A stretch of DNA of 64,000 bases from Octopus sinensis (Eukaryota): positions 106,020,001 through 106,084,000 of the forward strand of contig NC_043005.1 in the NCBI RefSeq assembly GCF_006345805.1, written 5' to 3'. The notes below the pieces were generated by a model that saw only the letters and a program-made list of their open reading frames with translations, was not told the DNA's origin and searched no databases. Shown in pieces: positions 1 to 11,111 of this stretch (position 1 is its first letter; the number at the start of each line of letters is the position of its first letter). A program made the translations under genes and the position numbers.

Positions 1-263
1 CTAAATACTGAAACTAGAAGATGGCTAATGTAGTGCCTGAGCACAAAACCCAATATAACTGGTGAGGAAAAGAGATGTGAGTGAGCCAAGACTTCACTGA
101 GTGTTTGGGAGGAGTTGTACATGTTAACTATCACTAATCTGGTATCACTGTGACCTGAAGGGGGCCAGATTATTGAGTTTTGTCGAATTACAAAGTGATT
201 AAGATAGTGTTCACATAATCCATATGATGATGATGATGATAGCCATCTCATACTACCTTTGAA

Positions 264-518
264 ATCATCATCATCATCATCATTTAATGTCCGCTTTCCA
301 TGCTAGCATGGGTTGGACGATTTGACTGAGGTCTGGCGAACCAGACTCCAATCTGATCTGGCAGAGTTTCTACAGCTGGATGCCCTTCCTAACGCCAACC
401 ACTCCGAGTGTGTAGTGGGTGCTTTTACGTGGCACCGGCACGAGGGCCAGTTTGGTGGTACTGGCAACGTCCATGCCCAGATGGTGCTTTTTACGGGCCA
501 CCTGCACAGGAACCAGTC
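264..518 (-). mobile_element. LINE-end family C (5'-truncated 3' end with (GAT)n tail, probably RTE-type)
   Basis: (CAT)n followed by TTTAATGTCCGCTTTCCATGCTAGCATGGGTTGGACG...GGATGCCCTTCCTAACGCCAACC...GTGCTTTTACGTGGCACC; the same sequence recurs about 9 times in the window. Confidence 0.8.
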
Positions 519-1067
519 CATAAAGAAACAACATATATTAAATGAAAATTAAGTGAAATCACGATTAAAAAACAAGGAACATCAAATGAAATTCTCATAT
601 AATTTTGAAGATTTACTAAAAAAAAAAAAGGAAACACTTCCACTTCCAAAGTGAAGAGCTGGAATTTAGAATTAACAACATTTGGTTTGGTCTCTTTTTG
701 GTGTGAGGGGTTGTCGAGGTCTTTATTTTCTTTATTTTGGAAGAAATCAGGAATTCATAATGCCAATGGCAGAACATCCAAGTGAGCAGATGTTAAAGCT
801 GTTGGATTTTCAAGTGATGACTTCTCAGTTCCATGCATTTTGGCTATTGTTTTGAAACCTATCTCACAAGCTGAGCTATTTTGTATATTTTGGCCTTTCT
901 TTGATTAGTTAATTCTGCATCATATTCATTATCTCTTGATCACTTATAAAACTGTGTTGCTCTCAATCTTTTAACAGCTCTCCTCTCAGTAGAATTAATT
1001 AATTAACAGATACACTTTTTTCAATATTTACATCATTTCTCCCACAGCCACACATAAATGCACTAAA

Positions 1068-1445
1068 GGCACAGGAGTGGCTGCATGGTAAGTAGCTTGC
1101 TTACCAACCACATGGCTCTGGGTTCAGTCCCACTGCGTGGCACCTTGGACAAGTGTCGTCTACTGTAGCCTCAGGCCGACCAAAGCCTTGTGAGTGAATT
1201 TGGTAAATGGAAACTGAAAGAAGCCCGTCATATGTATGTATATAAATATATATGTATATGTGTGAGTGTTTGCGTGTCTGTGTTTGTCCCACCTCCAACA
1301 TCGCTTGACAACTGATGTTGGTGTGTTTACATAGAATAAGTACTAGGCTTACAAAGAATAAGTCCTGGGGTCGATTTCCTTGGCTAAAGGCAGTGCTCCA
1401 GCATGGCCACAGTCAAATGACTGAAACAAGTAAAACAGTAAAACG
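1068..1445 (+). mobile_element. SINE-A (tRNA-derived head, CORE-like block, internal TA/TG microsatellite, second half)
   Basis: A box TGGCTGCATGG, B box GGTTCAGTCCC, CCTTGGACAAGTGTC core, 3' end GCATGGCCACAGTCAAATGACTGAAACAAGTAAAA; small internal deletion. Confidence 0.9.
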
Positions 1446-1510
1446 GTATATTATATGGAGGCAGAAAATACATCCTTTTACCTAGAAATGATAGTGAACG
1501 TTAGTTTCTG

Positions 1511-1730
1511 TAATAATGGTTTCGAATTTTGGCACAAGGCCAGCAATTTCAAGGGAGTGGGTAAGTTGATTACACAGGTTCTAGTTTTCAACTGATACTT
1601 ATTTTATTGACCTAGAAGGGATGAAAGGCAAACGTCAACCTTGGTGGAATTTGAACTCAGAATGTAAAGACAGACAAAATTTCACTAAGCATTTACCCAG
1701 CATGCTAATGATTCTGCCAAATTGCTGCCT
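1511..1730 (-). mobile_element. SINE-B, alternative tail
   Basis: Reverse complement has TTCTGAGTTCAAATTCCACC...GCCTTTCATCCCTTC...AATAAGTATCAG body; its tail (...GGCCTTGTGCCAAAATTCGAAACCATT) differs from the other B copies. Confidence 0.75.
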
Positions 1731-1843
1731 CGTTAGTATTTGTAATAATAGTTATATATCATAATGGATATAATGTTGCCATGTTGTTACCATTTATATG
1801 CATAAATATACATAAATATATGAATATGAATAAACATATATAA

Positions 1844-2158
1844 GTGCAGGAATGGCTGTGTGGTAAGAAGCTTGATTCTCAACCATGTGGTTCTGGGTTC
1901 ATTACATACTGAACACAAAAGGACATTGATAGTTCCAGGTTTTTCCTGGCTACTTGGTGCTACAACCATTGTCACAGGACCAAAACACCTTGAAGGTCTT
2001 TTCGTAAGAAAGGAAGATTCCTGTAGTCAGAACTTGCTGCAAGAAATGACAAATATGGCACCTTGGGCAAGTGTCTTCTACTATAGCTTTGGGCTGACCA
2101 AAGCTTTGTGAGTGGACTTGGTAGATGGAAACTGAAAGAAGCCCATCTTATATATATA

Positions 2159-2192
<34 letters not shown>

Positions 2193-2405
2193 TGTGTTTG
2201 TACCCCCCATCATCACTTGAGAACTGGTGTTGGTGTGTCTATGTCCCTCTAACTTTGCAGTTCAGCAAAAGAAACCGACAGAATAAGTATCAAGCTTTAA
2301 AAAAATAAGTACTGGGGTCGATTCATTCGCCGAAAAATTCATATTGGTGCCCCAGCATGGCCACAGTCTGAACATCTGAAACACGTAACAGATAAAAGAC
2401 AAAAG
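1844..2405 (+). mobile_element. SINE-A interrupted by a 159-bp insertion
   Basis: Head to B box at 1844-1900; resumes at TGGCACCTTGGGCAAG about 2056; TG microsatellite; 3' end GGTGCCCCAGCATGGCCACAGTC. Confidence 0.85.
1900..2058 (+). repeat. 159-bp direct repeat, copy of 3224-3382
   Basis: 4 substitutions in 159 bp by eye. Confidence 0.95.
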
Positions 2406-2455
2406 GTATATGTAAGTATGTATATGTATATATATACATACATCATATATATATA

Positions 2456-2489
<34 letters not shown>

Positions 2490-2494
<5 letters not shown>

Positions 2495-2543
2495 TAATCC
2501 AAACGGGAAAACAGAAAAAAACAAACACACGTGGAACAATCAC
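2490..2543 (-). mobile_element. Short terminal fragment related to the Penelope-like repeat at 8273
   Basis: GTTAATCCAAAC...GAAAACA...GTGGAACAA is shared with 8275-8335. Confidence 0.5.
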
Positions 2544-2575
<32 letters not shown>

Positions 2576-3223
2576 TCATATATATATATATGTATATATT
2601 TGTGTGTGTGTGTGTGTGTGTGTATATGTATATAAACATTTATAAACTAACATAAGTAAACATAAATAAGCACACACATAAATATATACATAAACATATA
2701 TATGTATGTAAACTTACACATGTAAATACACTTATAAATATACACACAAACAAGTTTGAGCATACAAATAATTCATAGAGAAACTTGCATAAACACGCAC
2801 ATAGATATACACGCATACACGAACATACATAAACACACATGAATTTAAACATAAGCACACATGAACACATGTAGGTATATATAAACATAGATACAAACAT
2901 GTAAGCTTACACAATTACGAATCATCATAATTATGGAAAAATCCACATGCATCAAAACATACATATACATATACTTAAATACACATATGCAAGCAAGTGA
3001 TATAAAACTACACACGTGTATAATTGTATATGGATACAAAAGCTCTCCACACACACACACATGTGTGCAAACAGCCATATACATACTAGCATATATATTT
3101 GTATGTCAGTATAAATGTTAGTTTGTATGTCTGCAAATGCATAATATACATCAGCATATATATAACCAGAGGATACAACATTGTAAATAAAACACCTCCT
3201 TGCTGTTTCCACAGAAACTAAGA

Positions 3224-3382
3224 CATTCCATACCGAACACAAAAGGACATTGATAGTTCCAGGTTTTTCCTGGCTACTTGGTGCTACAACCATTGTCACA
3301 GGACCAAAACACCTTGAAGGTCTTTTAGTAAGAAAGGAAGATTCCTGTAGTCAGAACTTGCTGCAAGAAATGACAAACATGG
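3224..3382 (+). repeat. 159-bp direct repeat, presumed donor copy
   Basis: Near-identical to 1900-2058; a diverged third copy lies at about 3662-3766. Confidence 0.95.
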
Positions 3383-3488
3383 TTTAATCAGAAAGCAATT
3401 GCCACACATCCAGTTTTGCCGATTCCCATTTCTTTTAATGCTTATATATATGTAAATGTAAGTGCGTGTGTGTGTATGTGTGTATGTG

Positions 3489-3565
<77 letters not shown>

Positions 3566-3879
3566 CATATATATATACATATATATATGTATATATAACA
3601 TATATATATATATATACATATAGATAGATAGATAGACAGATAGATAGATATGTATGTATGCTTTTCTGGCTACTTACTATCAGAGCCATTGTCACAGAAC
3701 CTAATAGCTTCAAGTATTTTCAGTAGGAAGAAAGGTTCCTGTGGACAACATCGCTCCAAGAAGAACCATATTCTTTGACACCAACCAACATTAGACAGAT
3801 ACTATCCCTAACTTTCTAACTTTTCTGTTTCATTCTACTTTTTGTTTCTTTGTTCTTTATTTTGCTTATCTTTTTCTGT

Positions 3880-4300
3880 CCTCTTCTTCTTCTCCTTCTT
3901 CTTCTTCTTCTCCTTCTTCTCCTTCTCCTTCTTCTTCTTCTTCTTCTCCTTCTTCTCCTTCCTTCTTCTTCTTCTTCTATTTTCTTCTTCTTCTTCTTCT
4001 CCTCCTCCTTCTTCTTCTTCTTCTTCTTCTTCTTCTTCTCCTTCTTCTTCTTCCTCTTCTATTTTCTTCTTCTTCTTCTTCTTCTTCTTCTTCTTCTTCT
4101 ATTTTCTTCTTAGTCTTCTTCTTCTTCTATTTTCTTCTTCTTCTTCTTCTTCTTCTTCTTCTTCTTCTCCTTCTTCTCCTTCTTCTTCTTCTTCTTCTTC
4201 TTCTTCTTCTCCTTCTTCTTCTTCTTCTTCTTCTTCTTCTTCTTCTTCTTCTTCCATTTTCTTTCTTTTCTTCTTCTCTTTTGACTACCTTCTTCTTCTT
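3880..4300. repeat. (CTT)n microsatellite
   Basis: Direct inspection. Confidence 0.95.
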
Positions 4301-4624
4301 CTTCTGCTAATTGGTTCTTCAAAGACAACATCACTGCTCAGAATAGAACAAGAGAACAGCTCAAAGAACAGTTTCCCATGGACATCTTTGCCATTGGTAG
4401 AAAAACAATTTCTAATCCCATCACCATTACTTCTGTTTAGTTCTTCTCATTTTCCCCAATGTCTTCGGGAAATCATTCCATGGTGATTGTCATCATATTT
4501 TGACACCACACCCCACTGTCTTTCTCATTTGTCCTTCATATGTCACCTGATATGATGTCACCCTTGTGGCAAATATGGAAAAACTTATCATTGTTATTGT
4601 TGTTGTTTTGTTATTGTTTTTTGT

Positions 4625-5020
4625 CATCATCGACATCATAATCATCATTGTCATCATTGTCGTCTTCCTCACCACGACCACCACCACAACCACCGCCACC
4701 ACCACCACCATCACCCATCACCGTGATCATCATCATCATCATCATCATCTTCATCTTCATCATCACCGCAACCACCACCAGCACTAACACCACCACCACC
4801 AATACCACCACCACTCATCACCGCGATCATCATCATCATCATCGTCATCGTCATCATCATCATCATCATCACCATCACCATCACCATCATCATCATCATC
4901 ATCATCACCACCACCACCACCACCACCACCACCACCGTCGTGGTCGTCGTTTTCATCATCATCACCATTATTATTATTATTATTATTATTTATTATTAAT
5001 TATATTAGTATTATTATCAC
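4625..5020. repeat. Compound (CAT)n/(CAC)n/(TAT)n microsatellite
   Basis: Direct inspection. Confidence 0.9.
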
Positions 5021-5459
5021 GTATGTATTTATTATGAATATTATTACTGCGAGTCAGTGTAATTAGCATGTACCTGCATTGCAAAGACGAGTGCAGCTCA
5101 CCATGCCTGAGGTGTGTATGTGTGTGCATGGATGTATGTATACAAACATGCATGTGGTGTATATTCTATTGTATTGATAGTACCCCATGTAGTATGTCTA
5201 CAGTCCTCAATAGTAATTTTTGTATATAATGCATACACACACACACACAGACACACACACACACACAGACACACACACACACACACATGCATATATACGT
5301 TTGAGATTTGGTTCATGCATTTAGCTATCCTCATTTGGCCTCTTGCGAATCAAATAATGGGGGGGGGGAAAGAGCGTGACGATAATGGTGAAGATGGTTT
5401 CTTCAACAGTTTCTAGGGTGTTTCTGCGTTCCTAAGTTGTATGGGGTAAGCATTGTCTT

Positions 5460-5747
5460 CTACTGCTGCTGCTGCTGCTACTACTACTTACCACCACCGC
5501 AACTCCACCACCACCACCACCACCACCACTACACTACTACTAACTACTACTACTACTTCTACTCATACTACTACTACTATACTACCAACACACAACAAAC
5601 CCCACTACTACTACTCATACTACCAACAACAACACCAATACTACTACTATACTAATACTACCAAAACAACAACCACCACCACTACTATACTACTACTACT
5701 ACTACTACTACTGACTGCTAACTACTACCACCACACCACCACTATAC

Positions 5748-5782
<35 letters not shown>

Positions 5783-5990
5783 ATACTAAACTATACTACT
5801 GCTACTACTGCTACTGCTGCCTGCTGCTGCTGGCTGCTGCTGCTGCCTACTACTACTACAACTACTACAAAAACCACCACCACCACTATGAATAACATTC
5901 CTAGGTAGATGATGATGATAATTATGATGATGATGATGATGATGATGACGACAACTGCAACAGCGACAACTATTATTATTATTAACATTT
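5460..5990. repeat. Compound (CTA)n/(CAC)n/(CTG)n/(GAT)n microsatellite
   Basis: Direct inspection. Confidence 0.9.
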
Positions 5991-7013
5991 ATTAATTTCT
6001 GATGCTCTTTGCTGGTAATTTCATGTGTGTGTTTGTGTGTTTGTGTGCGTGTGTGTGTGTGCGTGTGTGTGCATGTGTGTGTGTGCATGTGTGGTGTGTG
6101 TGTGTGTGTGTTTGATCATCCCCACCACCCCACCCGGCCCTTTACATGCACATACACAATATGTATAACATCTATGACCTATAGTTGAGATATGGATGGT
6201 GCCATTTAGTCTGCGGGGTCAAAGCATGGGACTTAGTGGTGGGTTGGGGTTTTGGAGTTGGGAGTGTTTGAAGGGGTCAGAGATATAGTAGTCCTGTTGT
6301 TAACATTGTGGCCCCTAGCATTCCATTGTGAAGTACAAAGAATTCACCAAACACAAGATTATTCTTGATTGTGTATTCTTTGCTTAACTTTAGCTAATTC
6401 AACTCTTGCCCCTGCCCTTAAATGTAGTGTCATATGTGTCAGTATGGGTAACTTAAGGTTTGGGTATTGGGGTTGGAGCAGGCTGGTTGGCAAGGGGACA
6501 CGATATGATATGGGGATGCCTTTTTTTAGGGTGATATGGGACAGTATCACAACAGCCTATAAGATGGTTTTTGACTTTTGTCTATCTGTCTATCTGCATG
6601 TATGTATATAAATATGTATGTGGATAGGTATGTGTGTATGATTTTCACACACACGCACACAAACACACACAAACACATATATATAATATATATGTATGCA
6701 TATATATATATATATATATGTATGCATGTATATATATAAGTATATATATATATGTGTGTGTGTGTGTGTGCGTGGTATATATAATGTATATAAAACATGT
6801 ATATACATGTATATATACATATATATATATATATATTATATATATATATATATTATATTTAGCTAGGCTAAAAAGTCACATTCGATCACAGCACCAGTAA
6901 CAGTTAAGCTTTGTGCAATGGCCATACTCAATAACGGGGAGGGAAGCCATAATATAATATATATATGTATATATGTGTATATATGTATATATGTATATAT
7001 GTATACATATGTA

Positions 7014-7077
<64 letters not shown>

Positions 7078-7122
7078 TACATGTATGTAATATATATATA
7101 TATATAATATATATATATATAT

Positions 7123-8009
7123 TGAGGGTAATCCCAAAAGAAAGGTCTCCAAAATATTTAGAAATCACAGAAACGTTTATTGTCAATGATGTTTATATCA
7201 TTTTAAAGTTTGAGCATTTATCTATTTTCCTGCATAATCGCCCCATATTGGTCGATGCCTTTTTGCAGGCACAGGGGAAGTTTTTGTATCCCCATGTCAT
7301 ACCAGTTCACTGCCATGTCATTGAGGAAGCATTGAACTTCATCTTTCAGCTTTTCGTCATTGCTGATGCACATTCTGGTCAAATGTTCTTTTAACTTAGG
7401 GAACAGGTGGTAGTCACTGGGTGCCAGGTTTGAAGTATATGTTCGGTTGCTATTTATGGTTTTCTGTGAGCTTCCGTGGGACCCATCTTACAATATTGCA
7501 ACTTTTCCCTCAAAACCCTATGAATGATGCTTTGGGAAACCTCAGGAACCAAAATGTAGAGATCATCCACAGTGATCCACCGATTTTCATTTAGGATTTG
7601 CTCAACCTTCACAACTATTTCATAGGAAATTGATGGTCACCTGCTTCTTTCTTCATCATGAATTTCTGTACAACCAGCTCCAAATTCCCGACACCACTTG
7701 CAGACGTTTTTGACATCCATGTACAACTCGCCATACACTTCTGTGAAGTGTTGATGAATTTCAATTGGTTTAATGTCTTTTGTGTCCACAAACCAAATAA
7801 CTGAGAGAACCTCACGCTTAGTGGTAGCATCAATCGGGAGCTCCATCAGATACGACTGCCAAGCCAAGACTGAGTGTGGCAGTGAGGTGCGCACAGAGGC
7901 ACCCACAGGTGCATGCACAACAGACACAACAGTGTTAGTTGCAAATAGCTGTAAGCAGTTTCCTTGCATCCTCAGTGCTTTGGAGACCTTTCTTTTGGGA
8001 TTATCCTCA
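7123..8009 (-). mobile_element. Internally deleted mariner transposon with both TIRs
   Basis: TIRs TGAGGGTAATCCCAAAAGAAAGGTCTCCA / TGGAGACCTTTCTTTTGGGATTATCCTCA in TA-rich flanks. Minus-strand translation gives an N-terminal HTH (EVLSVIWF...EIHQHFTEVYG...KWCREFGAG...IHDEERS), then WVPRKL joined almost directly to [20 protein letters not shown], so the catalytic core is deleted. Confidence 0.95.
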
Positions 8010-8030
8010 TATAATATATATATATATATA

Positions 8031-8249
8031 TCATCATCATCATCATCATCATCATTTAGCGTCCGTTTTCCATGCTAGCATGGGTTGGACAGTTTAACTG
8101 GGGTCTGTGAAGCCGGAAGGCTTCATCAGGCCCAGTCAGATTTGGCAGTGTTTCTACGGCTGGATGCCCTTCCTAACACCAACTACTCTGTGAGTGTAGT
8201 GGGTGCTTTTTACGTGCCACCAGCACAGGTGCCAGACACAGCTGGCAAG
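8031..8249 (-). mobile_element. LINE-end family C
   Basis: (CAT)n plus TTTAGCGTCCGTTTTCCATGCTAGCATGGG...GGATGCCCTTCCTAAC...TTTTTACGTGCCACC. Confidence 0.8.
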
Positions 8250-8272
8250 CTTTATATATATATATATATATA

Positions 8273-8429
8273 TAAAGTTAATCCAAACATGAAAACACAA
8301 AGAGAAAACACAACAACGCGAGGATGTGGAACAAGTATAGTATTATTGGATGTTCAGGAAAGGAAAGAAAGGAGGATTTGACGTTTTGAGCGGAGCTCTT
8401 CATCAGAAACATAGGAAAAGGTAAGATCC
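8273..8429 (-). mobile_element. Penelope-like terminal-repeat fragment carrying a hammerhead motif
   Basis: Pyrimidine-rich minus strand with a minimal hammerhead motif; inserted in (TA)n. Confidence 0.6.
8377..8409 (-). ncRNA. Minimal hammerhead ribozyme motif (G12A, probably inactive)
   Basis: Minus strand: UUU CUGAUGA A GAGC-UCC-GCUC AAA ACGU C AAA; palindromic stem III ACGU. Confidence 0.7.
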
Positions 8430-8454
8430 ATATATATATTTATATATATTCTTT

Positions 8455-8728
8455 TATTCTTTTCTTTGCTATTTTGACAGTGGCCTTGCTGGAGCATCAG
8501 CTTTAGTCAAACAAATTGACCCCAGGACTTATTCTTTGTAAGTCTAGTACTTATTCTATTGATCTCTTATTGCCAAAGCACTAAGTTATGGAGGCGTAAA
8601 CACACCAACATTGGTTGTCAAGCAATGGTTGGGGGAGAAACAGATGCACAAATACACATACACACATACACATAAATGCGACAGGCTTCTTTCAGTTTCC
8701 ATCTATCAAATCCACTCACAAGGCTTTG
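8455..8728 (-). mobile_element. SINE-A, 5'-truncated
   Basis: Second half plus microsatellite plus part of the first half (CAGGCTTCTTTCAGTTTCC...CTCACAAGGCTTTG). Confidence 0.85.
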
Positions 8729-8760
8729 ATATATACAAACATGCACAAACATACATATAC

Positions 8761-8787
<27 letters not shown>

Positions 8788-8791
<4 letters not shown>

Positions 8792-8978
8792 GAGATGTAC
8801 TTGCATAGCAAGTGACCTGATCTGAGATCATGTGCTGGAATGAAAACAATTGCAGCGTGGAAGGTGTTTATAAGCCATTTAAGAAACACAGAAAAACCGT
8901 TAGATTCACTTCAACATTTGAATTTAATTTGTCAAAATATTTAAATGGCTTATAAACACCTTCCATGCTGCAATTGTT
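8788..8978 (-). mobile_element. Penelope-like repeat family F (G3:C8 hammerhead family), 5'-truncated with a 38-bp fold-back
   Basis: Homologous to 34205-34411 and 39451-39658; inverted arms 8845-8882 and 8941-8978 with 1 mismatch. Confidence 0.75.
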
Positions 8979-8997
8979 ATATATGTATGTATGTATA

Positions 8998-9037
8998 TCA
9001 TCATCATCATTTAACATCCATTTTCCTTGCTAGCATG
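8998..9037 (-). mobile_element. LINE-end family C, extreme 3' fragment
   Basis: (CAT)n TTTAACATCCATTTTCCTTGCTAGCATG. Confidence 0.65.
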
Positions 9038-9071
9038 TGTGTGTGTGTATTTTACTTAGCAATTTGACATA

Positions 9072-9484
9072 GGCGCAGGAGTGGCTGTGTGGTAAGTAGC
9101 TTGCTAACCAACCACATGATTCCGGGTTCAGTCCCACTGCGTGGCATCTTGGGCAAGTGTCTTCTGCTATAGCCCCAGGCCGACCAATGCCTTGTGGGTG
9201 GATTTGGTAGACAAAAACTGAAAGAAGCCTGTCGTATATATGTATATATGTATAAGTGTGTGTGTATATGTTTGTGTGTCTGTGTTTGTCCCCCTAGCAT
9301 TGCTTGACAACCGATGCTGGTGTGTTTACGTCCCCGTCACTTAGCGGTTCGGCAAAAGAGACAGATAAAATAAGTACTTTGGCTTACAAAGAATAAGTCC
9401 CGGGGTCGATTTGCTCGACTAAAGGCAGTGCTCCAGCATGGCCGCAGTCAAATGACTGAAACAAGTAAAAGAGTAAAAGAGTAA
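9072..9484 (+). mobile_element. SINE-A, full length
   Basis: GGCGCAGGAGTGGCTGTGTGGTAAG head through the (GTAAAAGA)n tail. Confidence 0.95.
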
Positions 9485-9707
9485 GAGATTCTGCAATATC
9501 CAAAAATCTTGTTGGTGCAGGATATTTGGAACCATTTGTTAATATGGATGTGCCCTATGTACACGGAACTTAAAGCGATGTGAAGCTGAGTTAAAATGTT
9601 ATCAAATACATGTAAGTTCAACCAAATGTATTGAGTGCTACTTCTTTTTGTTTGCTCACTCATGCATATGTATGTGTATGTGTGTGTGTAACTGTTTTTT
9701 TTTTTCA

Positions 9708-9850
9708 ATTTCCTTCAACCAAATTCACTGTGAAGGCTTTGGTTGGCCTACGGTATAGCAGAAGATACCCAAAGTGTCACGCAGTGGGACTGACCTGAAA
9801 ACCACTACTTTGGATAGAAACTTTTCAACAAGACCGCCATGCCAGTGCCT
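9708..9850 (-). mobile_element. SINE-A, diverged first half
   Basis: AAGGCTTTGGTTGGCC...CGCAGTGGGACTGA. Confidence 0.65.
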
Positions 9851-9946
9851 ATTGTCTGTTTTACAATTGCAGTCACTGAAATTAAATGTGTACTCACACA
9901 TGAGTTTGTTTTGATCTATAAAATAAGTCTTTTATACATACATACA

Positions 9947-9978
<32 letters not shown>

Positions 9979-10003
9979 CATATACATATATATATATACA
10001 TAT

Positions 10004-10265
10004 AGGGAGAGTTTACGAAAAAACAAAAGATGAAGACAGGTGGTGTACAAAACAAACAAATGTATTAGTATAATGCTCAGGAAAAGAAAAAGTCTTTTAC
10101 GTTTTGAGCCTACGCTCTTCTGCAGAAAAGGACACAGAAAAAAAGGAGAGAAACAAGGAGAGAAAAAAAAGGAGAGAAACAAGGAGAGGAAAAAGGAGAG
10201 AAAAAAGGAGAGAAAAAAGGAGAGAAAAAACATGTGTGTAGTGGCTAACAATCTATCATGGTGAC
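10004..10265 (-). mobile_element. Penelope-like terminal-repeat fragment with hammerhead motif and internal (AAAAAGGAGAG)n array
   Basis: Same GAGC/GCTC stem II and ACGT stem III as the 8377 motif. Confidence 0.55.
10094..10129 (-). ncRNA. Minimal hammerhead motif, degenerate (A6C, G12A)
   Basis: Minus strand: CUUU CUGCAGA A GAGC-GUAG-GCUC AAA ACGU A AAAG; stem I CUUU/AAAG. Confidence 0.6.
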
Positions 10266-10816
10266 TATATATATATATGTGTGGGTGTATGTATTTATGT
10301 GTGTATGTATATAAAATTAGTATTGATATTTGAATTGTACAAAACAAAACTTCAGCCGGTGACTAATAGAACTTGTGTAGCATATAAAATGCATCTCACA
10401 AAATGTAATAAAATATTTTACATGTCTGTACATGTTAGAACATTTTAGTATTGCTTAAATTTAATGTTTCCTGGTGGATATTTTTCAATTGCTGATGGAC
10501 TTAATGAGGTTGCAATATTGATTGATTACTTGTACTGGCAGAACTTAATTGTGAGACTATTAATTATTTCAGTGAAAACAAAATGTAGCCAAATAGTTGA
10601 GAAGCTTGCTTTCTAAACATGAAGATAAAGAGTTCAATTCCACTGCAGAGCATCTTTGGCAAATATCATTTTCTTTTGATGTTAGTCAAGCTTATGAGAA
10701 GATTTGGATTGAAAGAATTTGTTCAGAAACCCTTAGACTGGTTTATATCCCTGATTCAAGAGATACAGCCTTGTCACACACTATGTCATGCGGATTCTAA
10801 CTGAAAATTGCATTAA

Positions 10817-11039
10817 CCCTTTCGTTACCAACCTGGCTCAAACCAGCTCTGGCTCTGTAGTACAAATGTCTTGTTTTCATAAGTTCTGAATTAAAATATT
10901 CCACCAAACCTTAGTCACAATTTATGTTCCTAATACTAGCTTAATGATAACTAAGTTATTTTACTAAATTCTTTGTTGTATTTAAAGTAATTGAAAAAAC
11001 AACACAGAGTATCTCAAAATAAATACAGTGACGAAAGGG
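10817..11039. mobile_element. piggyBac-like MITE
   Basis: TTAA|CCCTTTCGTTAC ... GTGACGAAAGGG|TTGA: TIRs with CCC/GGG ends; TTAA target site, mutated on the right. Confidence 0.7.
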
Positions 11040-11111
11040 TTGAGAGTACTCATGGGTGTGGGATACTCAATCACTTACACATTACTTCAGGTGCAGGTAA
11101 TACCAGTGATT

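Noticed and set aside
225-280. (GAT)n facing (CAT)n, forming a hairpin
   Set aside because: Explained by a short microsatellite next to an oppositely oriented retroelement tail
9072-9150. tRNA-like heads (also 16890-16968, 39731-39800)
   Set aside because: They have A/B boxes but no complete cloverleaf and run straight into SINE bodies, so they are not tRNA genes
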